64,000 nucleotides of DNA, taken from NCBI GenBank assembly GCA_964016885.1, contig CAXHJY010000892.1, positions 1 to 64,000 of the forward strand, in the 5' to 3' direction. The position numbers were made by a program, and so were the translations under genes. Shown piece by piece: positions 51,278 through 64,000 of this stretch; the first letter of the stretch is position 1, and every line of letters begins with the position of its first letter. The notes beneath the pieces were generated by a model. It had not been told where the DNA came from. It made no database searches and worked only from the letters and a program-made list of their open reading frames with translations. The stretch is from Eledone cirrhosa (lineage: Eukaryota).

Positions 51278-53816
51278 CATCATCATCATCATCATCGTTT
51301 AACGCCCATCTTTCCCGCTAGCATTGGTTAGATGGGAGTTGTCCCACTTGAGGCAAGGTTGGTCGGGTGACCGTGTCTCGCTCATATAGGACTATCTGGC
51401 AGGTTTTCTACGGCTGGATGCCCTTCCTAACACCAACCACATTTACAGTGTGGAACTGGGAACTTTTTACCGTGTTACCTACACGGCCACATTACAGCGC
51501 GGTCTGTTTTTTTATCGTGATACCTACACGATCTCGATCTCATTATCTCATTTATTTGGACTGGATGTTGTGGTACCAACTTTACAGAGAGAGGGGGGTG
51601 TCAGTGGGAGGGTAGGGGTAGTGGATTGGGGGTGATATTTGGTTAAGAGGTGCCTTCTGACTGTAGGTTTCGCTTTGTACATAGGCAAGGTAGGTCTTCT
51701 GTATTACTGCGTAACACGAAAGATCTCAGTCTAGTGACATTGTCTTAGAGAGATGTAAGTGTGTAAGGTCGGAATTTATCAAATCGTCCCAGGTCTTTCT
51801 GGGTCTACCTACTCCGTAACTTCCATCAATTTTGATCGCCCTGCACTTTTTTTATACAACTGTCGTCTTTCATACGCATCACGTGACCATACCAACGTAG
51901 TCTTCTCTCAAGTAAGCAGCATCTGATCCCTCTTAGTCCTAATTTCTCACTTAGTTCATTTATGCTTTGCCGTTCACGTATATTACTATTACACATCCAA
52001 CGGAGCATGTATGCTTCGTTCCTTTCCAGTCTGCACAGGTCCGCTGCATGCAAATCCCATGTCTCAGTGCCATGTGGCATTGCTGTTCAATTACAGGCAT
52101 CATACAATCTTCCTTTCATTTTTAGAGAGAAACCTTTTGTGGGCAACGGCGGTATAAACTCTCTGAACTTTTTCCATCCCGTTCTGACTCTGGCTACAGT
52201 ACTTTCGGAGCACCCTCCACCACTGCTGATTTTGTCACCCAGGTAACGGAAAGTGTCCACTATTTCTATAGAACCATCTGGGCAATAGGAGCCAGTATCC
52301 TGTGGACACTTGCTACTTATTGCACCTGAACATCGGGCACATATAAAATCTACGTTCTTAGATAGTTTACCTGTGATCCCACTGCATCTTGGGACATAAA
52401 ATGGAATTTCTGCCTACTCATTTCCTACACACTGAGCATGGCCATTTCCCTGAGGGCATCTGTGCCCTATTTTCCTTTCTACAAACTACAACTTTAGTCT
52501 TAGACAAGTTAACTTTAAGGCCTTTTGATTCTAGGCTATGCTTCCATGTTTGGAATTTCTTCTCTAGTTCAGCCATAGGTTCAGCAATGAGAGTTAGATC
52601 ATCTGCGTATAGGAGTTCCCATGGGCAGCCGGTCTTAAACTCCTTTGTTATAGCCTCAAGGGCAATAATAAATAGGAGGGGGCCTTGATGAGGACAGAGC
52701 CTTGGTGAACACCAACTTTTACACTAAATTCTTCACAATATTCATTGTTAATTCTAACCTTACTGACTGTTTCTTTATACATGGCTTGTATAGCTCTCAC
52801 AAGGCATTCATCTACACCTAGTTTTCTAAGAGTCTACCAGATAATTGTGTGGGGGACTCTGTCAAAGGCTTTCTCCAGGTCTACAAAAGCTTTCTCCAGG
52901 TCTACAAAAGCTAAGTAGAAGGGTTTACTTTTTGGCTAGGTACTTCTGTAGTTGTCGTACAAGGAAAAGAGCGTCTGTGGTACTTTTACCTGACACAAAC
53001 CCAAACTGCATTTCATCTAGATCAATTCGCTCTCTGATTAGTTGTGCCATAACTCTTTCTGTGACCTTCATGACCTGGTCAACTAACTTAATGCCTCTAT
53101 AGTTTACCCTATCTAGAGCACCCCTTTACCCTTGTAGCAGTTAAAGATTATGCTGCTACGCCAGTCTTTCGGTATGACCCCATTCTGTATTACTTGGTTT
53201 ACTATACGGGTGACCAGAGTATGTCCCACCGTTCCAGATGCCTTCAACATCTCAACAACTATTTCTGAAGGCCCAGTTGCCTTGCCTGTCTTCATATCTT
53301 TGATTGCCTTACTTATTATACTACGTTTAACTTGCACCGTTGATGCTTCTATTGGATCGATTTGGGGCAGACTATCTTTTTCCCATTTATTCTCCTCATT
53401 TAGTAGTCTCTCGTAGTGACACTAATAAACTATCTTCTTATTAGTATCAGTGAGGGTAAGTACACCATTATCATTATGGACACACCTCTCTCTGACAATA
53501 TCACGGTTTTCCTTGACACATTGTCTAGCAATCCTGAACACTTCACGTTTTTCGTCCTCACGTTGTAGAACATGCTTGAACTTTCTATCCTCTGCTTCCG
53601 TTTTTGCAAGGTTCACTTGTCTCCTAGCTTCTCTCCTGGCTCCTTGATAGTGTTCTCTACTTCCCCCATCCTGCCATACTTTCCAAGCCTGCTTTTTGGC
53701 CTTGATTGTCTCCTCCACCTTAGTGTTCCACCACCAAGTTACTCTCCTGCCAATAGGTCTGCTCCAGCCACAGATTTCATCTGTCGCTTTCAGCAGGTTT
53801 ACTTTCAAGAATTCCC
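51277..53816 (-). mobile_element. RTE LINE (family A-related), decayed
   Basis: ORF fragments 53422-53829, 53113-53337, 51826-52080; (CAT)n tail. Confidence 0.94.
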
Positions 53817-53978
53817 TACATAAATACATATTTATTTACGTACGTATAGCACGGAGTGCATGTGCATAAACACACACGCACCGTGTTATATTTTGACGGT
53901 ATTGTATTAGCTCAAAGTACGAGAACAGAGCCGTTATATGTAAAAGAAACCAAAGAACGTTTACATACTCAAACAGTT

Positions 53979-54038
53979 TTTATTTGCTTACAATGTTTCA
54001 TCCATACCGTTGGGTAGGAATCATCAGAGCTTAATAAA
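53979..54038 (-). ncRNA. Type I hammerhead ribozyme, intact core
   Basis: gct-CTGATGA-ttcctacc caac ggtatggat-GAAA-cattg-TA-agc. Confidence 0.75.
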
Positions 54039-54240
54039 CACAGTGCTGAGTATAAGCTCTACCAAGCTTAGTCACACGAACAATCGGATTCCTATTTTAA
54101 AAGGTATCTATATTTGAAGTGCTAGTTAAACTTTAATTGGTTACCTACCTAGCTATGTGTGCTTACATATTTTACAAATTATTCCCTGTGATTGTTCCAT
54201 ATGTTTATTTTGTATATATATGTCAATCTATTTCTAGTTG

Positions 54241-54815
54241 ATATATATGTATATATGTATATTTATACGTATGTATATATATATATGTATATATGTATAT
54301 TTATACGTATGTATATATATATATGTATATATGTATATTTATACGTATGTATATATATATATGTATATATGTATATTTATACGTATGTATATATATATGT
54401 ATATATGTATATTTATACGTATGTATATATATATGTATATATGTATATTTATACGTATGTATATATATATATATATGTATATATATTTATACATATGTAT
54501 ATATATATATATATATGTATATTTATACATATGTATGTATATATGTGAATATATATATATATATGTATATATGTATATTTATACATATGTATGTATATAT
54601 GTGAATATATATATATATATGTATATATGTATATTTATACATATGTATGTATATATGTGAATATATATATATATGTATATATGTATATTTATACATATGT
54701 ATGTATATATGTGAATATATATATATGTATATTTATACATATGTATGTATATATGTGAATATATATATGTATATTTATACATATGTATGTATATATGTAT
54801 GTATATTTATACATA
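54241..54815. repeat. AT-rich compound minisatellite
   Basis: Units such as ATATGTATATTTATACATATGTATGTATATATGTGAAT. Confidence 0.9.
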
Positions 54816-55470
54816 TCATCATCATCATCATCATCATCAACGTTTAACGTCCGTGTTCCACGCTTGCATGGGTTTGGACGGGGGTATTCCCACTTGAGGC
54901 AAGAGTGATTGTCTTGCTCGCATAGGACTGTCTGGCAGGTTTTCTACAGTTGGATGCCCTTCCTAACACCAACCACATTTACAGTGTGGGTCTGGGAGGT
55001 TTTTACCGTGTTGCCTACACGGCCACATTACAGCGTGGACTGTGTGTTTTTTTGTCGTGACACCTACACGATCTCATTTGTTTCGGCCTGGATGTTGTGG
55101 CACCAACATAACTTTACATAGGAGGGGTTGTGTGGATGGGGTGTGGGTGGTGGGACGGGGGTGTATTTTGTTAGAGATGCCTACTGGCTGTAGTAGGTTT
55201 TACTATGTATTTAGGTAAGGCGGGTCTTCTCTATTACTGAGTACCGCCAAAGGTCTCGGTCCAGTGACATTGTCTTGGAGAGGTGTAAGTGTGTGAGGTC
55301 GGAGTTTATCAGCTCGTCCCAGGTTTTTCTAGGTCTGCCTATTCCGTGGCTACCGTCTATCTTTATTGCCCTGCACTTTGTTATACAGCTATCGACTTTC
55401 ATGCGCATCACGTGTCCGTACCAACGTAGCCTTCTCTCGAGTAAACAACATCTGATCCCTCTTATTTCTA

Positions 55471-55476
<6 letters not shown>
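54816..55476 (-). mobile_element. RTE LINE family A, short 3' copy
   Basis: Highly similar to 1-526 and 5140-5890. Confidence 0.93.
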
Positions 55477-55513
<37 letters not shown>

Positions 55514-55517
<4 letters not shown>

Positions 55518-55841
55518 AGTCCCTGGTATTCGTGGGGTTACACTCCTAGAGCAACCGCGAAAATTGGACGTAGTCCATAAAAATGCCTAGAAGCGTAAAA
55601 ATATAATAAAAAATGAGGGACCGCCTTATGCAAAAGGGGTGTCCAATAGGCCAGCAAATATCATATTGTCATTAATAATTTAGCGTTAAAACATATATTT
55701 TGACACAAAAAGAGTCATTAAAAAATTGCAGAAGATATTTACGATTCCGCGAAGATGCGGTGGTTTCCATGAACAATTATTAATTAGGTTCTTATGAAAA
55801 TTTCGCGAATAACTGGGACCGCAAATGCCGAGGGTACACTC
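55514..55841. mobile_element. Tc1/mariner-superfamily (pogo/Tigger-like) MITE
   Basis: TA-CAATAGTCCCTGGTATTCGTGG...CCGCAAATGCCGAGGGTACACTC-TA imperfect TIRs. Confidence 0.6.
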
Positions 55842-57067
55842 TATATGTATGTGTGTATATATATATATATACACACAGCAGGGAAAAGCAGATGTAAAAT
55901 GATGATGATGCTGATGATGATATATATATATATATACACACACACACACGTATATGTATGTATATGTCTGTGATTGGAAAGGAAACCAATCACACACACA
56001 CACACACACTACTTCAAGTATAGGTCATATTGTTTCTCAACAGTTTACCATTCTCTATAGTGGCACCTAAGATTAAGCATGATTATTAGATGCCATAGAA
56101 AGGCAAAGTTTTGAGGGTATTCTGTAGTTGTTATATTAAATGTGGGATTTTGAAAGCTGAGGATAGCAAGACAAGTGATTCAAAAATGGAACTTTGTAAA
56201 GTTCTCGTTTTCGGTGTGTGTGAATGTGTCTGGCTTAGAAAAGGTACACTGTATCCCTGCATGTTGTAAAAATCAGTTAACCCTTTAACATTTAAACCAG
56301 TCGTATCTGGCCAGAATTCCCTCACCTCTTTCTGTTCAAACTGGCTGTAACCAGCTGCTCATACTGAGGTTAAGGTATTGTTCTCAACATACGTAATATG
56401 AAAATCTCATAGATTCATTATTATTTGAGATAATTTTGTGAGTTATAACCTTTACTATAAAAATCATCATCACCGTTTTACGTCCATTCTTCCACACTAG
56501 CATGGGTTAGACGGGTTGTCCTGTTGTGGGCAACGCCAGGTCAAGTGACTATGTCTTGCTCATAGAGAACTGATTTTGGCTTGATTTCTACAGCTGGATG
56601 CCCTTCCTAACACCAACCTCATTTACAGTGAGTACTGGGTGCTTTTTTTTACCGTGGCGCCTACACAACTGAAAATATAACAGTATATATAGAGTAATGT
56701 AAATGCCAAAGGGTTAAAAGAGTTGGTGCCAGGAAAGGCACCCAGCTGTTATACCAGTATGGAATGGTTCATGTAAAAATGATGATGATGGTAGTATAAT
56801 TGTAAATCTGAGCACTCGTAACGAGGACAGATGTTGGAAAAATGGAGCCACACAGATGCACGCTCAAATCTTTATGTCATTGGCTCTGCTGGGTCTCACC
56901 ACAATTTCTGTGCAATAAGAAGAGGATTATTCATCCCAGTGCACCATGGAAGACAACACAAGATGAACATTCTGTCTACCACTGCCACATACATAACACT
57001 GTCAATCATTTTTGGGAAGAGGGGAAATCATTTAAAACGACCCCAGTGCATATGTTACTGGTACTTT

Positions 57068-57581
<514 letters not shown>

Positions 57582-58028
57582 GAGTTAAAGAGAAACAGGT
57601 AAAGGAAGAGAGAAAAACGAAAGAAAACAAAGAAAGAAGGAAAGCAGGTAAGGATAGAAAGAAAGAAAAAGCATAGAAAAGGAAAGAGAGAAGGACATGG
57701 AGGAAGAATGAAAGGAAAAAAAGGAAGAAAGAACGGAAGAGAAAAAGAAAGAAAGATGGTAAGAAGAGAGAGAGAGAGAGAGAGCTGAGTCAGGTGTTCT
57801 GTGGTAGGTAATTTGTTGTATATAATAAACTCTGTGGAAAAGTGGTTGTTTTCTGGTTAAAATTACTACAAATAGACATTCCATCACGTTGCCCTTCAGT
57901 GCAACTGTCTGTCTCTCTTCACCTCTACTTGTCACCCCCTCTCTCTCACTATCTATCTATGTATTTGTCTATCTATCTATTTTCTCACTTTTACTATTTA
58001 TCTATCTCTGTGTCTGTCTATATATCTA

Positions 58029-58060
<32 letters not shown>

Positions 58061-58240
58061 ACTAAATTTAAAGCAAACCTATTACTTATGGTGAGCTACA
58101 CTGATTGAGTGCTGATTAAGAGGTCAATAAGATCAGATGCCGTTCCAGATTGTAGGTCAGTAGGTTCAAATCCCATGGGGGTAACTAGCCTATTGTGTTG
58201 TTCATATTATTAGTGTCCATTATAATTATTACTACTACTA

Positions 58241-58430
58241 GGGCGGTGGATTGGCAGTATCGGTAGAGGGTCGGACGCCATGCTTTGACGCATAGAGTTA
58301 TGGCCCTTGCCATTCTGAGTTAAAATCCCGCTGAGGTTAACTTTGCCTTTCATCCTTATGGGGTCGATAAAATAAAGTACCAGTAATACACTGGGTAATT
58401 GCTGGCCTTGTGCTAAAAGTAGAAACAATT
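58241..58430 (+). mobile_element. Full-length SINE family 1 with target-site duplication of about 21 bp
   Basis: A box TGGCAGTATCGG, B box, core; ATTATAATTATTACTACTACT on both sides. Confidence 0.9.
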
Positions 58431-58620
58431 ATAATTATTACTACTACTTAGCCCAATGTTTAACACAGCGAATAAGTAATCTTCAATTACGCACACACAC
58501 AAGTGTGTGTGTGTAATGCATGAAATTGCATGCTAGAAGGTGGCTGAATCGATAAAAATGCAGTTGTATGTTCAGCTTATGTAACTTTTTCTGCTAATAC
58601 TATATATATCATGTATCATA

Positions 58621-58817
58621 TCATCATTTTACGTCCGCTTTTCCCTGCTTGCAAGGGTGGGACGGGAACTGATTCTGGCTTGATTTCTACAGCTGGATGC
58701 CCTTCCTAACACCAACCTCATTTTACAGTGAGTGCTGGATGCTTTTTTGCCGTGGCACCTGCACGACCACTTTGCAGTGGTATGATAAGGACCCCAGTCC
58801 CTATCATCTCATTTCTA
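58621..58817 (-). mobile_element. SINE family 2, 5'-truncated (unedited comparator)
   Basis: Aligns with 2203-2394. Confidence 0.88.
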
Positions 58818-58833
58818 ATATATATATATATAT

Positions 58834-59083
58834 TTATGTAATAAACAACATAAGGCAACTACTCCATTTACCAGTGGTTTCCTAAAAGCAAAAAATTCCG
58901 CCTCCAATCATCAGAACGAAAAAATCCTGGTCTGTTTATTGAATTTGGATTCTAAAAACTTATTGAATCCAAATTCAATAAACAGACCAGGACCCTTCCA
59001 CTCCGATGACCGAAAGCAACATTTTTTGCTTTCAAGAAACCACTGGTAAATGGAACAATTGCCCTATGTTGTTTATTACATAA
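58834..59083 (-). ncRNA. Fold-back (119-bp arms, 12-nt loop) of two divergent hammerhead motifs; G.U-rich hairpin on the - strand
   Basis: Arms 58834-58952 and 58965-59083 are ungapped; CTGATGA or CCGATGA...GAAACCACTGGTA in each. Confidence 0.8.
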
Positions 59084-59157
59084 CTATTAAGCTCTGTTAC
59101 CTACATAGAGCACTCTTTTTTCCTGGACTTTTCCGACGGAATTACTTCACATATATT

Positions 59158-59223
<66 letters not shown>

Positions 59224-60479
59224 TTGTAAATTGTGGATCCATTGAAAATATGATTAGGTATATCTAATGTATAAGGCAGTGAATTGGCAGGGTCATTAGA
59301 ATGTCGGGTAGAATGCTTTATGGTACTCGTTCTAGCTCTCTGAGTTCAAATAACGCCTCGAAAGGATGAAAGGCAAAGTACTGGGGTCGATTCTTCATTT
59401 ATCTGGAAGAAATCTGCTGTACTTAGGCCTAGAGCGGGATGGGCCCCGCCAGGCTTAAAATGCTCAAGAAAAGCCGTATGTCAATACAGCGCCTCTACAA
59501 CTCTATCAGGAGTTACGGGATCATACCATACCATATCTAACATATATATATGAATGCATGTATTTAAGTGAATACATATGTCTTAGTGGTTAGGGTGTGG
59601 TGAAAGTTGATTAAATTGACTCCAGTAATTGACTGGTACTTTAATTTATCAAACTTGAAAAGATAAAAAACCAAAGTAGGCTAGCAGTGCTGGCTCCGTG
59701 TCTAAAGCCACAATTGGTCACTTAAATTCCTGCAGATTAAGGGACTGATCTTAGCATCTGTCCACCTCGGCAATTGTTCTCAAAATAAATAATATCAAAA
59801 TGTCATAGATTTGATATTATGAGAGATAATTATGTAAGATAAAGTGTTTATTACAAAAATACAATCGTATATATAGAGTAATGCAAATGCTTCAGGGTTA
59901 AATAGCCACTCCAACTCGCAGAGCTCACTCCGGCAGATGGCCAACTCCGACCTGATAACAGTCAGTAGGGAGGTTGTTTAGGGACCAAAGAATACCAGAA
60001 CTATCCACTTCTACAAGCTTTCTATCGGAAAGTAGCCGATACTTCAACAGTTTGTGATCTTCAGGTTGTTGGGCAGGCAATGGGCAATGATGCCTGGGTT
60101 TGTCTATATACAGCTAAACAGACTGAGCTAATTGTCAGTTAAATGTCCTGGCTACTGACACAGCACTCTATCAACAAGAGGTCAACAACTGCTGACCTCT
60201 CTATACAATTTAGTTATGTCTCTGTACATTCCAAGTGTCAAGTCCTTTGCTTTTCACACTGTGGGAGGAAGAGATACTGAGAGGTTGGGGGGGGAGGGAG
60301 GGAGGAAGCCATACTGAGAGGCGGAGAGAGGAAGGAGGGGAGGTGGTGGGGGAGGTCAATAAACTAATTAACAGCAATATAAATGTTGTTGATTTAAACA
60401 ACTGTAGTGTAAATTTGTGGCAGTGTGCCAGTGTAAGGAATTATTAGCTGGTTGGCCAGTCTTCTTGCAGTGTTTGTTT

Positions 60480-61370
60480 AGTAACAGCCCTTTACATTCC
60501 TAGTTCAAATCCCACCGAAGACAGATTTTTTTCTCATTCTTCCAGTGGCCAACAAAATAAAGTACCAGTCAAATACTAGGGTTGATTAATTGACTTTATC
60601 CTGTCTTCCAAATCGCTGGTTTAGTGCCTAAAATAGACACTATTATCATCATCATCATCAGAGCGGTGGTTTGGCAGCATCGGAAGAACATCAGAAAACA
60701 TGCTTTGTGGCATATAGTTATGTTTCTTTACGTTCCAGGCCCAAATCCTGCCATGGCCAGCTTTTCCCTTCATCCTTACGAAGTAGATAAAACAAAGTAC
60801 CAGAGATGCACTGGGATTGATTCAATCAACTTTCCCATACTCCAAAATCATTGGCCTTGTGCCTAAATTAATTTTGGGGGGAAGGGGAAAGTCGACTAAA
60901 TCAACCCCACCGCATGACTGGTACCCCACTTTATCAACCCTGTAAAGATGAAAGGCAAAGCTAACCTCAGCAGGACTCGAACTCAGAACGTAAAGGGCTG
61001 TAACTATATGCCACAAAGTACGACGTCCAACGCTTTAGGCACAAGGCCAATAATTTTGGAGAGAGGGGAATGTTGTTTAAACTGACCCCAGTGCATTACT
61101 GGTACTCTATTTTATCGACCCCGTAAAGATGAAAGGGAAAGCTCACCTCGGTGAGACCTGATCTCAGAATGTAAAGAGTAAAAAAAGATATGCTTTAACA
61201 ATTCTGCTAACCGACTGGCTTGGACCTGGTGCTTTATTGTTTTTCAGAGCTCATAGGGATGAAATAAATGCAAAGTAGACTTTGGCGGGATTTGAAATCA
61301 GAGAGCAGAGTGGGAACAAACACTGCAAGGTATTTAATTAATGCTCTAATGACTCAGCTAATTTATTGCC
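60480..61370. mobile_element. Cluster of about five SINE family 1 copies, first on + then on -
   Basis: Repeated B-box, core and tail motifs; orientation switch at about 60870. Confidence 0.8.
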
Positions 61371-62127
61371 GGTGTAATAGACGTTAAAACAAAACGAGAA
61401 AAAAATTTTGCAAAAAAATAAATATACGAGTATCAAAAAAATACAGGTTTCAATGAGAATGTGTCTGTCTGTGTGTCTTTAAGAGCTTTTTTTTATTTTT
61501 TATTTTACTCTTCTTTTCTTTTCTGTTCCGACGGGCGAAAAACTTGCAGAGTTTCCCAGGGAATTGTTTGAATAAAACAAAAAATGAACTGTGTTCACCA
61601 TTGACTGAAACTTTGTTTTGTCTTTCTGACAAATTTCGGAAATAGCATAAAACAGGTTCCACACACATACATACACAATATTGTGTGTGTGTGTATTTGT
61701 GTGAGTGCATGTGTATGTGTATGAATGTGTGTATGTTTGCATGTGTCTGTATGTGTGTGAGTGTATGTATGTCTGTGTGTGCATGTGTCTGCGTGTGTAT
61801 GTGCATGTGTGTGTGAGCATGTATGTGTATGTGTGTGAGTGTATGTGTGTAAGCGTCTGTCTGTATGTGTGTGAGCATGTGTGTGTGCATGTGTCTGTAT
61901 GTGTCTGCGTGTGTGTGTGTGTGTGAATGTATGTGTGAATGTACATGCGTAACATGTGTACATTTGGTAAAAAACATAAGCAGAAATTAAAGAATGTTTT
62001 TGTGAATACCACACATTCACACACATCTATGTGTGAAAGTGTGGTGAAAATATAAGTAGCAATTACATAAGGTTTCATGAACATCATACACACATTTATC
62101 CATACACATATATCTGTGTGTGTGTGA

Positions 62128-62181
<54 letters not shown>

Positions 62182-62961
62182 TCACATGCACATATATACA
62201 CACATAAAGTGCCTCAGCATGGCCGCAGTCAAATGATTGAAGCAGATGACAGAATAACCCCTATCCACACACACAAGTGTGTGAGTGTGTGTATATATTA
62301 TATATATATATAAAGACTACAATAAAGTCATTTTCCACCACCTCGACTTTTTTCTCTCATCGTTGTTATATATATATAATAAATAATAAAGAAACCATTA
62401 TTGCTGTTATTGTTCATTGTGGGGTGTGACTGTGGTGGTGAACATCTAGAAGGAAGGAGTGGAGAAGTAAACAGCTGTGGGGGCTAAATGGATATGGATA
62501 AAATATGTATAGGGGTCTATATGATGATATGATCCCTCATACCCTTTAGCATTTACATTACTCTATATTTACTATTATATTTTCATAGTAAAGGCTTTAT
62601 CTCACATAATATCGAATCTATGAGATTTTGATATTATTTATTTTGAGAACAATACTATAACATCAGTATGAGCAGCTGGTTACAGTCATTTTGAACAGAA
62701 GGGCGAGAGTTTAAAAGCTAAACGGTTAAATGGCTTTGAGGGTGTAACCCAGTATTGTCACAGTTTCATGACTGAAACCAGTAAAAAAAAGAATAATAGA
62801 AAAATGTATTTCATAAGAAATATGGTAAACAAAACTGTTAAACCGAGTGAGAGAATACTTCAATCACCCAGTGTGTAGTTGGGTGGTCAATAACCTTTCC
62901 TAATGGAAAACAGTGTCATGCCCCTGCATGGCCACAGTCAAATAGCTGAATCTACTAAAAG

Positions 62962-62995
<34 letters not shown>

Positions 62996-63004
62996 ACTTC
63001 TATA

Positions 63005-63166
63005 TCGGGGTTTGCCAAATATTTTCAAATGCGGAACCTTTTTTGGTTCAGAAACTTTTGTCTAATACTGTTATATGGTTATAATATAAATATACTCCTC
63101 TCCCTTTTTTTACGGAGCCCCAGACACTGCTTTGCAGAACCCGCGGAACCCACTTTGGGAACCACT
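63005..63166. mobile_element. hAT-like MITE remnant
   Basis: End CACTTTGGGAACCACT resembles Charlie-type CAGTGGTTCCCAAA termini. Confidence 0.5.
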
Positions 63167-63515
63167 ATTCTATGCCTTGCTTCTTCAACTTAAACTCTAG
63201 ACATCCAGTAAATGATCTGCAAAACATATCTAAAAGCAGATTTGTTAATTCAAATGTCTACAGAATCTTTACTGGTGGACAGATTGTTGTGAAAATTTGC
63301 AATCTTATGATTTTGATGTTATATAGTTATTGTGCTATGAATGTCTTGCCAATGTGGTTTCATGTGGTACAGGACATTAAGAGTTAAGTAATCCGATCCA
63401 GGTCCTATTTATTGAAACTTACTCAACTGCAAACATTCAGAGCCCCACCCACTATTCCACACTGAAGATTCACAACACACGCTTATATATTTTTTTCTTT
63501 TTCTTTTTTACTTAC

Positions 63516-63600
63516 AGGCGGGCATTGATCTGCAAATGTTCAGCCTGGGCCACAATCGCCCCATAGTTCTTAACAATCTGGGAGGGTTTACAAAGGCCAT
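63516..63600 (-). CDS. Candidate first coding exon with a mitochondrial-presequence-like peptide
   Basis: ATG..MAFVNPPRLLRTMGRLWPRLNICRSMPA then donor GTAAGT; five Arg, no acidic residues; no homology evidence. Confidence 0.3.
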
Positions 63601-63691
63601 TGGTACACTACTTTCCACCACCACCACCACCACCACTTCAGTAAAAACGTCAACCTCAGCCTCGTGAAAAAATTAATTTAAAAAAAAAAAA

Positions 63692-64000
63692 ATATATGTA
63701 TGTATATATGTGAATATATATATATATGTATATTTATACATATGTATGTATATTTATACATATGTATGTATATATGTGAATATATATATATGTATATTTA
63801 TACATATGTATGTATATATGTGAATATATATATATGTATATTTATACATATGTATGTATATATGTGAATATATATGTATGTATATATGTATATTTATACA
63901 TATGTATGTATATATGTGAATATATATGTATGTATATATGTATATTTATACATATGTATGTATATATGTCAATATATATATATGAATATATATGTATGTA
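63692..64000. repeat. AT-rich compound minisatellite, same unit as 54500-54815
   Basis: Directly visible. Confidence 0.9.

Noticed and set aside
58241-58335. tRNA gene
   Set aside because: The A/B boxes belong to a SINE head with an extended spacer; no cloverleaf.

Overview
Eukaryotic, AT-rich, almost entirely repetitive non-coding DNA whose repeat landscape (RTE-clade LINEs with (GAT)n tails inside (TA)n arrays, tRNA-derived SINEs, Penelope-type hammerhead elements) looks like a coleoid cephalopod, probably an octopod (inference). No confidently identifiable host gene; one weak candidate first exon lies near 63.5 kb. The window holds about ten RTE LINE copies from several families (all decayed or 5'-truncated, with a PHD-type Cys cluster inserted in the RT), two R4/Dong-like RLE retrotransposons, CR1 remnants, a Penelope-like GIY-YIG element with inverted pseudo-LTRs, a non-autonomous Helitron, a mariner fragment, TTAA-flanked MITEs, many SINEs and long microsatellites. 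The most unusual signals are: (1) a SINE copy with about 16 sense-strand A-to-G changes and none in the reverse direction, consistent with ADAR-hyperedited RNA written back into the genome; (2) a 250-bp fold-back of two hammerhead ribozymes whose arm mismatches are 19/20 G.U wobbles on one strand; (3) a dense set of type I hammerhead motifs, several in divergent palindromes and one in a 603-bp retrozyme-like unit. All alignments, counts and folds were done by eye.
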